Of a stretch of DNA of 64,000 bases, positions 41,373-51,701 are shown in pieces. The stretch spans positions 61,368-125,367 of the forward strand of contig JAHQWL010000070.1 in the NCBI GenBank assembly GCA_029856155.1, given 5' to 3'. Each line of letters opens with the position of its first letter. Position 1 is the stretch's first letter. The translations under genes and the position numbers were made by a program. The stretch is from Promethearchaeia archaeon (GTDB lineage Archaea; Asgardarchaeota; Lokiarchaeia; Sigyniarchaeales; SOKP01). The notes below the pieces were generated by a model, which saw only the letters and a program-made list of their open reading frames with translations, searched no databases and was not told the DNA's origin.

Positions 41373-42386
41373 ATGGAAGCCGTTGATTTAGTACTAAATT
41401 TAGACGAAATAGAAAGAGAATATCCTGAAAATCCTTTAAATTATTTTAAAGATAAAAAATTGTGCCTTTTTAAGGCTTGCTTGGAAAAATATTTTCCGGG
41501 TGTAAGATGGGGTTTTCAAGACCTCCTAGAAGAACTTCAATTAAATGTAGCTACATGCGTAAATCAGTCATGCTGTTCAGGTACTTTCTTTCAAAGAAAT
41601 TTAATAACAAGAGCGCAATTTGCTGCTATTAATGAGAGGAATTTAAGTGAAATGAATCAGATAGCTGATATAGTGTTCTTTAGCTGCAATGGCTGTTATA
41701 ATAGTCTTTTAAGAGGACGTGAATTTCTAAAAATCCCCGAAGTAAAAAAAAAAACAAACGAACTCCTAAAGAGCTTAAAGCATAAAAAAATAGAGAATAA
41801 CTATCCTGATAAATATAAAATTTTAGAAGACTATAATCTAAAATTAGTACATGATTTGGATTTCTTGTATTTAATTCGAAATGATGTTATTAATGCATTA
41901 AAATTTGATTTGAAAAATCTAAAAGTTGCTGTTCATTATGGATGTCATTATTTAAATTTATCAAGAGATAAAACAGATATTGAGACATATTTAAAAGATA
42001 AAACAAAGTTAGATGAATTAGTGACTCTTTTTGGTGGTATTCCAGTTGATTATCAAGAAAAAGAGAGTTGCTGTGGATGGGGTGCATCACAAGTAATAAT
42101 TCATCCAAAAGAAGCACTTAAAATAACCGCTAATAAATTAAAAAGTGCTCAAGATGTCGGAGCGGACTTTATGATAACACCCTGTCCAACATGTTTATAT
42201 ACTCTAAGTAAACCCGAATACAGAGAGAAAATGCATAAATGGTTTGGTGATAAGCTAGACATTCCTACAATACATTTAAATGAACTAATAGCCATATTGC
42301 GAGGATGTGAAGAAGAACGCTGTATCACCCTTAGACGAAAGACTCCTCGTTTAGATGAGATTTTTGAAATAATTACACAAGAATGA
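41373..42386 (+). CDS. hdrB: Heterodisulfide reductase subunit B-like protein
   Basis: Two CCG domains: SCCSG..CNGC and HYGCH..CCGWG..CPTC. Confidence 0.88.
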   Translation: MEAVDLVLNLDEIEREYPENPLNYFKDKKLCLFKACLEKYFPGVRWGFQDLLEELQLNVATCVNQSCCSGTFFQRNLITRAQFAAINERNLSEMNQIADIVFFSCNGCYNSLLRGREFLKIPEVKKKTNELLKSLKHKKIENNYPDKYKILEDYNLKLVHDLDFLYLIRNDVINALKFDLKNLKVAVHYGCHYLNLSRDKTDIETYLKDKTKLDELVTLFGGIPVDYQEKESCCGWGASQVIIHPKEALKITANKLKSAQDVGADFMITPCPTCLYTLSKPEYREKMHKWFGDKLDIPTIHLNELIAILRGCEEERCITLRRKTPRLDEIFEIITQE

Positions 42387-42423
42387 AACAATTAATAATA
42401 TTTTTATAAATACTAAATTGGTA

Positions 42424-43803
42424 TCACAATTCTTCAATTGCTAATCGTGGACAAGAATCCAAACATAACAAGCATCCAATACATTTTTCAAAGCAAAATG
42501 CTAACCTATCTTCTTTATCTAAGTATAGAGCATCAGTAGGACATAACGAAACACATGCCCCACAATTAATACATTTACCATCATCAACTATAAATGGTTG
42601 ATTCTTTGCAACTCTTTTTAAATCGCTATTATCCAGATGAGATATAGCGTCTTTTTTAAAATCTTTTAAAGAATTTAATCTTGAGGTTTGTTTCATCGGT
42701 TTAAAGACTGTTTTAGTAGATAAAGTTTCAGCAGGAGGATTCAAGAAAAATTTTCCATCTTCTATCCATTTTTTAAGTGTTTTTGCAATTTTGCGAGCAT
42801 AGAATATAGATGATAGTGAGGAGCATTTTATTTTTTTACCATCCAATTCGATATATCCACTTTTTAATTCCATATAACTTACGTGCTTCAGTTCTGGTTT
42901 ATCTCTCCTGGGTTTTCCATAATCTAAGATCTCTGTTAATAAAACCTCATCACTTACAGCAGTTTTTTTAGCTAAACCCTCATTTAGTATTGGTATTGGT
43001 ATCCCTACCCCAACAGATAAAGATGTACCATACTTTTCGTAGGTTACTCCTCGTAAATATTCTGGACTCATTTGTTTCAAATCACCCTTAACAAATAAAG
43101 TTCCAAATCTGTTTGTAGGATTATGTTGGGTTCCTTCTCCCATAACATATCCAATTCCTCCCCCTAAAAAGATTCTAGTACCTATTCCGATTGTCTCATA
43201 ATCAGGATCATTACTCAAAGGATTCAAACATCCCGCTCCCGAATAATGAGCATTTCCAAAATGTGGTAATAATTTTCCCATATATGTATATAATGTTTTA
43301 TCAGAACTATTGACCGCACATATATATCTCTGATAAGCATTTCTTGGATTACATAAAATTGCTTGATTAATGTCATCGATTGTAAATTCTGTGTCCACTT
43401 CTGCTAAGGGGTAACAATCTGTTGTGTAAGAATTACCGTTTAATCTTATTAGTTTTCCTGAGACTAAATCCTCAATTACATGGCCCCCACCATATTCAAA
43501 AGGCTTTATATCTGACATCCTCGTACAACCTATATAACAATCAACTGCTCCATTTCCATGATATGCCTTTACACCATTTAAAAACAAATTTTCAAACTTA
43601 ATAGGAGGATCACTATGACCAAAATTAAGAAAAGCCCCACTTGAACACATAGGCCCAAAAGTGCCTGTAGTCACTATATCGATCTCATCCGCAGCTACTT
43701 TACTACCTTTATCTTCTACAATTTTTATCATTTCTTCAGCTGTAACTACCACCACATCACCATTCTTTATTTTCTCATTTATTTCAACATAAGTCTTTGG
43801 CAA
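42424..43803 (-). CDS. DUF39 homocysteine-biosynthesis protein (aspartate-semialdehyde sulfurtransferase type) fused to a 2x[4Fe-4S] ferredoxin
   Basis: KTYVEINEKI, VTTGTFGPMCSSGA, NPRNAYQ, GIGTRIFLGG; C-terminal CINCGACVSLCP and CIGCLLCLDSCP. Confidence 0.88.
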   Translation of the reverse strand: MPKTYVEINEKIKNGDVVVVTAEEMIKIVEDKGSKVAADEIDIVTTGTFGPMCSSGAFLNFGHSDPPIKFENLFLNGVKAYHGNGAVDCYIGCTRMSDIKPFEYGGGHVIEDLVSGKLIRLNGNSYTTDCYPLAEVDTEFTIDDINQAILCNPRNAYQRYICAVNSSDKTLYTYMGKLLPHFGNAHYSGAGCLNPLSNDPDYETIGIGTRIFLGGGIGYVMGEGTQHNPTNRFGTLFVKGDLKQMSPEYLRGVTYEKYGTSLSVGVGIPIPILNEGLAKKTAVSDEVLLTEILDYGKPRRDKPELKHVSYMELKSGYIELDGKKIKCSSLSSIFYARKIAKTLKKWIEDGKFFLNPPAETLSTKTVFKPMKQTSRLNSLKDFKKDAISHLDNSDLKRVAKNQPFIVDDGKCINCGACVSLCPTDALYLDKEDRLAFCFEKCIGCLLCLDSCPRLAIEEL

Positions 43804-44018
43804 AAAATCACCAACATTTTACTCCTGTGTCATTATCAGTTCTATAAATTATATAAAAATATGCATATTAATAAACTCTGACAGCTAAAATATCCAAGAA
43901 ATGCATAAAATATGCATCAGATATATATCATAATCACGTAGTAGAGAAGAAAAGTCATTTAGGAATAATTTTTATACTTGTTATGTTTTCTAAAATTACA
44001 AAACGATTATTGTAGGTT

Positions 44019-44915
44019 ATGACTGTTAAAAAAGGTGACAATTCCCATTCTAAACGAAATATAATAGCTATATTTCTTTTGATTATTACTACAATACTCT
44101 GGGGAACATCTTTTATTATTACTAAAAATATAACAGAAAATATTCCCATATTCTTATATCTTGGTTTACGATTTTTAATAGCATTTTTAGGATTTATTCC
44201 TTTTTTTCCGCACTTTAAAAATCTAAATAAGAAAGTTATAGTTATGGGTTTAATAACAGGTATGTTGTACTTTCTAGGGATAGTATTTCAAACTTATGGA
44301 CTCCAATCAACAACTGCAGGTAAAACTGGCTTTATTACAGGATTAAGTACAGTCATAGTTCCTTTTTTAGCATGGTTCGGATTTAAAAAGCCCTTAAATA
44401 TAAGAATTTGGATTGCAGTAATATTATCAATTATTGGAATGGCATTTTTATTGTTGGAGGGTGAATCTGGGTTCATTATAGGTGATATATTAGTATTAGT
44501 CTGTGCTTTTATTTTCGCATTCTATATTGTTTTAAATGATAAGTATGTTCGCATAACTGATATATATTTATACTCAATTATTCAAATTTGTGTTATCACT
44601 TTATCTAGTTTTGTTTGTTCTTTACTTTTAGGAGAATCATACAATTTACTATCAAATCCACCAACTTTTTGGTTTATTATGATTTATATGGGAATTGCTG
44701 TTATGACGCTCACAATTTTATTTCAAAATTGGAGTCAACAATATCAAGGACCAACTCAAACAGCAATAATATTTACCCTTGAACCCGTATTTGCTGTATT
44801 ATTTGGGTTCCTTATAGGAAGTGAAATCCTATCATTATTTGGTTGGATTGGTTGTGGGTTAATCTTTATTGCAATTCTTACTACTGTACTAAAGAATCCT
44901 AGCAATAATGAATAA
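44019..44915 (+). CDS. DMT/EamA family transporter
   Basis: LWGTSF, LRF, GDILVL, IFTLEPVFA; about 10 TM segments. Confidence 0.9.
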   Translation: MTVKKGDNSHSKRNIIAIFLLIITTILWGTSFIITKNITENIPIFLYLGLRFLIAFLGFIPFFPHFKNLNKKVIVMGLITGMLYFLGIVFQTYGLQSTTAGKTGFITGLSTVIVPFLAWFGFKKPLNIRIWIAVILSIIGMAFLLLEGESGFIIGDILVLVCAFIFAFYIVLNDKYVRITDIYLYSIIQICVITLSSFVCSLLLGESYNLLSNPPTFWFIMIYMGIAVMTLTILFQNWSQQYQGPTQTAIIFTLEPVFAVLFGFLIGSEILSLFGWIGCGLIFIAILTTVLKNPSNNE

Positions 44916-45166
44916 AATAAGAAAAATCATTTTAATTTAATCAAACTGTGTCAAATTTCTTAAATTTCTCATTTTGGCAATCATAATTCATGCCCAAAAC
45001 TTCATACGTGATGAAATCCAAAAATTTTTGCTTAAACACATATTTAAATAATTAAATAGCTATTAGTATCTAAATAAGGGTTGTTTTATCGGCAAATTAC
45101 TATTTTAAATAGCACATAACTAAATTGAACCTTTTGCTAAAATAATAAAAATTTGTGAATTGATAC

Positions 45167-45325
45167 ATGTCCGCACATAAATTAAAACCTAAAGACTTAA
45201 CGATATGTGATAAGTGCGGGAATGTAATGGTTAACAGAAGAATACGTACCAATAACTCAGGAGAAGTTACATTTCAAAAGGTTTTGCAATGTATTGTGTG
45301 CCGCTATTGGATTGCTCTAGATTAA
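45167..45325 (+). CDS. 52-aa zinc-ribbon protein (below the ORF-track cut-off)
   Basis: MSAHKLKPKDLTICDKCGNVMVNRRIRTNNSGEVTFQKVLQCIVCRYWIALD*, two CxxC pairs. Confidence 0.7.
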   Translation: MSAHKLKPKDLTICDKCGNVMVNRRIRTNNSGEVTFQKVLQCIVCRYWIALD

Positions 45326-45424
45326 GTCTTTTCATGTATCTAGTTTAAATATCGCATTCTATTAAAAATGTGGTCTTTCTTCTAAAATATTTAATTTTTG
45401 ATTCATTATATATAAAAGAAAATG

Positions 45425-45523
45425 AAGGGAAAAGAAATTTGCGACAAATTTTAGAATCAGGGAGAGAATTAAACTCCTCAGAGTTTAATAGAGGGCGAAT
45501 TTTGGCGATCTCCCGTATTTAGG
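45425..45523. repeat. Structured ~100-bp repeat, copy 1
   Basis: Closely matches 47581-47678; hairpin ATTAAACTC-CTCA-GAGTTTAAT inside a GGGAG...CTCCC outer stem. Confidence 0.85.
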
Positions 45524-45653
45524 TATATAGTTAATTTTTAAAAATTGAGGTAGAGATAAAATTCTCGCAAAGATTTAAATATGAATAAATTAAATATTCA
45601 ATGATTTTTTTATAATGTAAAATTAAAAGATTTCAAAAAATAAGGCACTAAAT

Positions 45654-46172
45654 CTGAAAAAAACCAAAATACTATTATTGATATCATTTTTGTTTTTTAT
45701 GGCTTTTATTAGTTTAGGTAGAGCAGATTATAGTGGTATAACTGTGGGTAAGAAATGGACATTGAAAATATTTGCACCCCAAACCTATTATAAGAGTTTT
45801 GATGTGACATCAGTGACAATAGTCGCGGTAATGGCTGATGTATATGATGATGGAGAAAAAACCGGAAATGTGAATATTGGAGATACTTATGTATTTGATG
45901 GTACAATAATATCAGTATTTGTAGGTGAGTATGGGACAAGTACTGCAAATTATGGGGGACAATCGTTAACAGTTTGTGATACAGGATTGATAGTTTTTGA
46001 TACCGCTACAGGAATTTATTTAGAGTGTGATAATGTTTTTGAATTTCACTCTTGGAGTCTTTATAGCACAAGAGGTGGTAGCGGTATTCCGGGATATTCA
46101 TGGGTACTTATATTACTAGCCATTATTGGAACATCTTTTTATCTCATGAAAAAAAGATTTAAAAATAGCTAG
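45654..46172 (+). CDS. Secreted/surface protein with IPGY-TM-basic (Loki-CTERM/PGF-CTERM-like) sorting signal; possible CTG start
   Basis: (M)KKTKILLLISFLFFMAFISLGRA signal peptide; C-terminal GIPGYSWVLILLAIIGTSFYLMKKRFKNS. Confidence 0.78.
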   Translation: MKKTKILLLISFLFFMAFISLGRADYSGITVGKKWTLKIFAPQTYYKSFDVTSVTIVAVMADVYDDGEKTGNVNIGDTYVFDGTIISVFVGEYGTSTANYGGQSLTVCDTGLIVFDTATGIYLECDNVFEFHSWSLYSTRGGSGIPGYSWVLILLAIIGTSFYLMKKRFKNS

Positions 46173-46312
46173 AATAAATCAACATAGTAATGGCATAAAG
46201 AAATTATAACTAAATTAAAATTAACACCTTTTAGGTTTTAATGTAATTTTTTTATTCAGTATTTAATCAATACTTATCTAATAAAAATTATAAATTTTTA
46301 CAAGGCTTTGAT

Positions 46313-47363
46313 TATAATATTGTTGAAGATCCTGTTGATCCATTTGTTTCTACCATTGTCTGGAACTCTGTTTCTGGTGAAATATGGAAAGATGACCTCT
46401 TTCAAGTGATCTATCAAGATGCATTGAAGCTTCATCAATTGATTGGAATTGTTTATACTCTTTGATTTTATTTTTTTCGAGATTCATTAGTAGATATTTA
46501 CAGTGAAGGAATTTCTCGTTATTCACATAAATATATGTCGTGTTTCCAATTAATTTAAGGGTAATATATTGGTTGACTTCAAATTCTTTTTTAATAATCA
46601 TTTGATTCTGCGCCATTTGAGAGAGAATATCATGAAGAATTTCAAGAATCTCTTGTTCTGTTAATTTACATAAAGTATCAATCTTCTCCTCGGAACAATG
46701 CATGAAAAGTAAGGGCATAATCAATAGACCTTCTTCAGAATGTTCTAATTTCATTGTCTTTGAAAACTCCCTTTCGATTTTTAAAGGCTCCATGAGCAAA
46801 TCTGGAAAATCATCCCATAGGTCATCACTTTCTAATGCAGAGTAAAATCTTACCAAAAATTTGGTTAGCCCCATTGCTCTTAATAGTTCTTTCCCCACAT
46901 CCTTCATTGAGGTTAGCTCATTCATTACAGGAATATTTAAATAATCGATAAATCCAAATTCTACTAAATAAGCCATAGTAGGAGGATGATTTGTTTTTAT
47001 TCTTTTTTCTATCTCAGATAAAAAGACTTCATTCGCTACTGGGTCTCCTGCAATATACAATAGTCTCAATAGAGGAAATGCTCCTTCTTTGTTTAAGAGT
47101 GATGTATCGTACCGATTTTTATACCATATTTCTAATATTTCACACACGTTTGTGAATTCTGCTTCAACTATAGTTCCGTCAGAAAAGTACCAATCTGCTG
47201 ATGGTATTTCCTCTGATTCTATGATTTCTTTAGGAGAAATATTATAAATTGTGTATCGTCTTTTTTCGACTTTTAAATTTGAGATATAAATATCCCACGT
47301 ACTTCCTTCTGATTTTACTGAGAGGAATTCATTAATAATATAATCCTGCACGATAATTTTCAC
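46313..47363 (-). pseudogene. Tandem Lokiarchaeia-type repeated-domain gene (domain often found with LRRs); second copy frameshifted and truncated
   Basis: Copy 1 INEFLSVK...YDTSLL..AFPLLRLLYIAGDPVA; copy 2 EFEVNQYITLKL...CKYLL...SIDEA then ISPETEF in another frame followed by unrelated sequence. Confidence 0.6.
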
Positions 47364-47580
47364 ATAATTTGTAAATGTAAATAATATCTAGTTTGAATTA
47401 TTATCTCTAATAGAATACATGACATATTTATTATTTAAATGTACATTTTAACTCTTCAATTTATAGATCAAGTATATATTAATCCATAGCCCAATGGTAC
47501 CAAATTAGGTTTTTCAATTTTGGAATATTTAATGTTTAATCAATATCATACTAGACTTGATTAGAAGTTAAAGGAAAGGT

Positions 47581-47678
47581 AAGGGAAAAGAAATCTGATA
47601 CCAAATTTTAAAATCAGGGAGAGAATTAAACTCATTAGAGTTTAATAGAGGGCGAATTTTGGCAACTCCCGATTTGGG
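47581..47678. repeat. Structured ~100-bp repeat, copy 2
   Basis: Direct repeat of 45425-45523; hairpin ATTAAACTC-ATTA-GAGTTTAAT. Confidence 0.85.
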
Positions 47679-47905
47679 CTCTTGAAATTGTATCCAATGT
47701 TAGTTCAGATTGTCTGTTAGATTCCCTTACTTATCTATATACTAGTTTCCCTAATATAAAAACCATTTTATTATAATTTATTATGTGTCAATATCAAGAA
47801 CAAGTTTTAAATCATCAATTTTGGCACATAATTTAAAATTTTTGTACAAAATCTTTAGTACCAATCTTTTTAATTAGGTATAAACATTTAAGAACAAAAG
47901 ATCTT

Positions 47906-48733
47906 TTATTTCAAAAGTTCTGTAATCTTTATTTTTAGTCCATCTTCAGCAGCAACAATATTTTTGATATTAGTATCTTCTTGAAGTTTTGCGACTTGGC
48001 TTGGGACATAATTTTTTGTTGACATTGAGCTATCCATATATGTCCCAAAATGAGTAATAATAAGACCATCAAGTGGAGGGTTAATCTTGTTGAGATAAGG
48101 TATAACTTCATCAGTACATAGATGTCTCTTACATACAATAGAATCTGGACGTAAAAGGTTGAGAACTAAAATATTGACCCCTGAAAATTCCTCAGAAAAT
48201 CCTTCATATACTCTTGTATCACTGGAAAAAGCAAGTGAATAATCTTTAAGGTTAAATTTGATTCCAAAACCCTCATTTTTAGGAGAATGAACTGTTTTAG
48301 TTCCAATGATTTCAATATTTTTATAATTGAATGAATCTCCCGCTTTAAACTTTATAACTTCTTCGAGCATGTCAAGATGGTAATCAGAAATGTACTTCAA
48401 GACTTCACTTGTAGTAATTAGCGTTCCTTTTTTATAGTATTTATAATTTCTATCATGTAAGATTTCCCGTGAGCTTTCAATTATAGCACTTAAATCACTA
48501 TAATGATCAACATGAGCATGGGTTGCAATAAAGAGTTCTGTCTTTACTGGATCTTCTTTAAATTGGTTGATTCGAACTGTGGCACCAGGTCCAGGGTCTA
48601 TATGAGATTGGATATCGTTAAATTTATAGATAATACCTCCTGTGGCCCTAAATTGAGTTCTAATATGATGCCGGCCACCCCCTGAACCGAGAAAAACTAG
48701 TTCATCAGTTATATTAACCATTTCTATAAACAA
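47906..48733 (-). CDS. MBL-fold metallo-hydrolase (PhnP/RNase Z-like)
   Basis: FLGSGGGR, IDPGPG, THAHVDH, SSDT, ITHFG. Confidence 0.85.
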   Translation of the reverse strand: MFIEMVNITDELVFLGSGGGRHHIRTQFRATGGIIYKFNDIQSHIDPGPGATVRINQFKEDPVKTELFIATHAHVDHYSDLSAIIESSREILHDRNYKYYKKGTLITTSEVLKYISDYHLDMLEEVIKFKAGDSFNYKNIEIIGTKTVHSPKNEGFGIKFNLKDYSLAFSSDTRVYEGFSEEFSGVNILVLNLLRPDSIVCKRHLCTDEVIPYLNKINPPLDGLIITHFGTYMDSSMSTKNYVPSQVAKLQEDTNIKNIVAAEDGLKIKITELLK

Positions 48734-48739
48734 ATAAAT

Positions 48740-49258
48740 CTAATATTTACTTGCATCTACTAATCTTTTTGTTATCATTTCAAATGCTTTTTCAACATTG
48801 TATCCCGTTTTAGCTGATGTTTTTATGAAATCTATCATATTAAAAGTATTCTTTAAATGAAGAGCACTTTCATCATCTACGGCAATTAAATCTTCGAGAT
48901 CTAATTTTGTTCCTATTAGTAAAATTGGCAAAGTTAAATCATGCAATCGAACTATATTTACCCACTCAAGTATATCTCCTATCTTGGGCATTCTTGTTAA
49001 ATCAAATAAAAGAAGTGCCCCTCTTGCCCCCATTACGAAGTTTTCTAAAAGATATCTGAAGCGCTCTTGCCCTCCTAAATCCCATAGTTGTAAAAGACAG
49101 TGTGTATCATTGTAAATAAGCTCCTTTATGAAGAAATCCACACCTACTGTCATTATTGAACTCTCATCAAAAAAACCATCGACATATCTTCTTAGAAGTG
49201 AAGTCTTGCCCGCTCCACCATTCCCTGCCAGAAGTAATTTAAATATATAGTTTTTCAT
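48740..49258 (-). CDS. Rab-like small GTPase
   Basis: GNGGAGKTS, TVGVDF, LWDLGGQERFR, TKLD, TSAK; no prenylation tail. Confidence 0.92.
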   Translation of the reverse strand: MKNYIFKLLLAGNGGAGKTSLLRRYVDGFFDESSIMTVGVDFFIKELIYNDTHCLLQLWDLGGQERFRYLLENFVMGARGALLLFDLTRMPKIGDILEWVNIVRLHDLTLPILLIGTKLDLEDLIAVDDESALHLKNTFNMIDFIKTSAKTGYNVEKAFEMITKRLVDASKY

Positions 49259-49327
49259 GTTTGAATGGGTATATAATAAGTGATAAATATAAGAACCCTT
49301 ATTTATTTTAATACCTCAAAATAAAAC

Positions 49328-51598
49328 CTAATGTAAATTTTTACTTTCTTGTAGTTGATTAATTAAAATTTCATCAATTTGAGTAAATAATGGTTTAAGC
49401 TTTTCATTTATCTTATTTTGGATTTTAAACTTTGTATAATTCTCTTTCGTATTTTTATTTAAAACTTCAATTTCACTTTTCGTAATTGTTTGCCCTTTTT
49501 GCCCTAATTCGGCTAATTTCTGGTGAGTAGGATTATTATTATCAAACTTTTTAATTGGAAATTCTAATGGAAGCTTGAATATATGTCTTGAACTTTTTAT
49601 AATATCTATTTGTTTTGTCATCAGATTGGAATTTAGAATAGCAGACAAATAAAAAGCTTCTTCGAGATTGTTAGTATCATAGAAAGACAAGTCTCCAGTA
49701 ATCAAAAAGTCTCCTTGTATTACTGCTGAATACAGTATAGCCCCAGAATTATTGTATACTACTTTAATTTTTGATAATTGTCTTTTATTGATCAACTTAG
49801 ACCATCTATCTAAATTTTCTATTAAAGAATCATGTTTTGTGGTTTCCTTTTTGTATTTAATATATAACTGATTTATTTTATCATAAAATATTTTACCGAA
49901 CTTCTCTAACTTATCATAATTGAAGTTTAAATCCGGTTTTATGAGTGGTAAAAAGACGTGGTAGTAATTATATATATAAAATTTAACTAATTCTGTGCTT
50001 TTAATTACTTTAAAGATATATTTTTTTTCAATGGTTTCATTTTCAAATTCTATTTTATTCCATGGGGCTTTAGCTCTTTTGAATATTCGCTTATCAGGAA
50101 TTATTTTCGCTAATGAATTATCAATACTGTTAAATTTTATAAAGATTAGATTTCGCGGATTTAAATCTGCTCCTTTATGAAATAAAGGTTTATACTGGCT
50201 TTCTTCTAATGGAAAGAGGTGTTTTAAGTTCTCTTGTGTGATAAGTTTCTTAGTATATTTCTTTCCTGCTTTTTCTTCAATTAAATAAGGTAATAATAGG
50301 TCTACTCTTTCCAATTTCAACTCTAGATCTTTGAAATACTCAATGGAATCCATTTCATTCTTTAATGTAAAGTGATAAGATTTAATCTGCTCTTTAGAAT
50401 TTTGTTTTGAAATTTTCGATTTCTGCCCAAATAAACAAATAAAATTGATATTAAATAAAGTTTCAATTTTTCTATCAAAAGTCCATATTCTTACATTAAT
50501 AAATCCTTTAAAATTACGAAATCTAGATGTATGAGAGCCTGTAATGACTCCTTTCGTCATTACAAAAAATATCTTCGCCCGTTCTTTCATAAATGTTTTG
50601 TTTGCTTTAACAAAAAATAAAGTAGATATTTCTAGATTTAACAAATTCTTAGGAAGTGGCTTTAATTCTAATTGTTCAGATAGTTTTTTGACTTTATTTT
50701 GATACTCAACAGTTTCGATATCACGATAGGTATACCATGGAGGATTTCCTATTATTAAATCGAATTTTTTATTAAGACTATTCTCTTTTTGAAATAAAAA
50801 ATCGAAAACATATAGATTCAAATTAATATCCACAATATTTTCTTTTAATAGATAAAATAGGTTAATTTTTGATACATAAATTGAGATCGGATTTATATCA
50901 TAACCATATATATTATTTATTGCATTGATTTTTTTCTCCATAGTCTCATCTTGAGAAAGAATATATTTTACTACTTCTATTAAAAAATTTCCCGAACCAC
51001 AACAAGGATCAAGAATAGTTTCTCCAAATGAATAAACATCTCTAACCATCTGTTTTGCTAAGAATTGAGGGGTATAATATTCACCAGATTTATGTCTAAT
51101 AAGTGGAGAAATTATTGTTTGAATTAAATAATCAAAAATATATTCTGGATCAACTTCTAATTTGAAAAGATAATTGGATATGTTTAAAATAAGATCATAA
51201 AAAATAGATAAATCTTCTTTCTCAGAAAGAGAGAATAATGGATGGAAATACTTAATCTCAAAAATATCAAGGTTTTTGAAACTGGATTTTAAATTGTCTT
51301 CAAAATTTTTAAAATTCCTTAAAGATAATTTATTTTCTGTTAATATAATTTCATAATTTAAAATGTACTTTGAGATAAATACATGTCCTAAGAAGTAAAT
51401 TAAAGCAAAAACAATATATAATTGTGTATCCACTTGTTTTTTACCATATATTTTCTCAAAATCTTTTAGCCATACTCCAAATTCCAACTCATTTTGAACT
51501 TCATGTTTTCTTAAAGTATTTTCCAAGTTTAATAATGTTTCATTTATAAAATGAAAATCTAAATCTTTTTTATCACTTGGGTTTAGTCCCTTAGCCAA
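49328..51598 (-). CDS. N6-adenine DNA methyltransferase (type IIG-like M+TRD architecture, no obvious nuclease)
   Basis: GEYYTP, LDPCCGSGNF, GYDINP, IGNPPW, YLSAILNS. Confidence 0.88.
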   Translation of the reverse strand: MAKGLNPSDKKDLDFHFINETLLNLENTLRKHEVQNELEFGVWLKDFEKIYGKKQVDTQLYIVFALIYFLGHVFISKYILNYEIILTENKLSLRNFKNFEDNLKSSFKNLDIFEIKYFHPLFSLSEKEDLSIFYDLILNISNYLFKLEVDPEYIFDYLIQTIISPLIRHKSGEYYTPQFLAKQMVRDVYSFGETILDPCCGSGNFLIEVVKYILSQDETMEKKINAINNIYGYDINPISIYVSKINLFYLLKENIVDINLNLYVFDFLFQKENSLNKKFDLIIGNPPWYTYRDIETVEYQNKVKKLSEQLELKPLPKNLLNLEISTLFFVKANKTFMKERAKIFFVMTKGVITGSHTSRFRNFKGFINVRIWTFDRKIETLFNINFICLFGQKSKISKQNSKEQIKSYHFTLKNEMDSIEYFKDLELKLERVDLLLPYLIEEKAGKKYTKKLITQENLKHLFPLEESQYKPLFHKGADLNPRNLIFIKFNSIDNSLAKIIPDKRIFKRAKAPWNKIEFENETIEKKYIFKVIKSTELVKFYIYNYYHVFLPLIKPDLNFNYDKLEKFGKIFYDKINQLYIKYKKETTKHDSLIENLDRWSKLINKRQLSKIKVVYNNSGAILYSAVIQGDFLITGDLSFYDTNNLEEAFYLSAILNSNLMTKQIDIIKSSRHIFKLPLEFPIKKFDNNNPTHQKLAELGQKGQTITKSEIEVLNKNTKENYTKFKIQNKINEKLKPLFTQIDEILINQLQESKNLH

Positions 51599-51701
51599 AA
51601 ATTTAAACTCCTTTTTATTTATTGCCTAATATATTCAATGAAGTAATACTTAAATATTAATTAAATACATGTATATTATTTATTAATCTAAAATTTAAGA
51701 G

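Noticed and set aside
40833-42386. Methanogenesis inferred from hdr genes
   Set aside because: HdrABC/MvhD are widespread electron-bifurcating modules, and no mcr or mtr genes are in the window
45425-47678. Repeat pair as a CRISPR array or IS ends
   Set aside because: Only two ~100-bp copies, direct not inverted, about 2 kb apart, with no cas or transposase gene recognised
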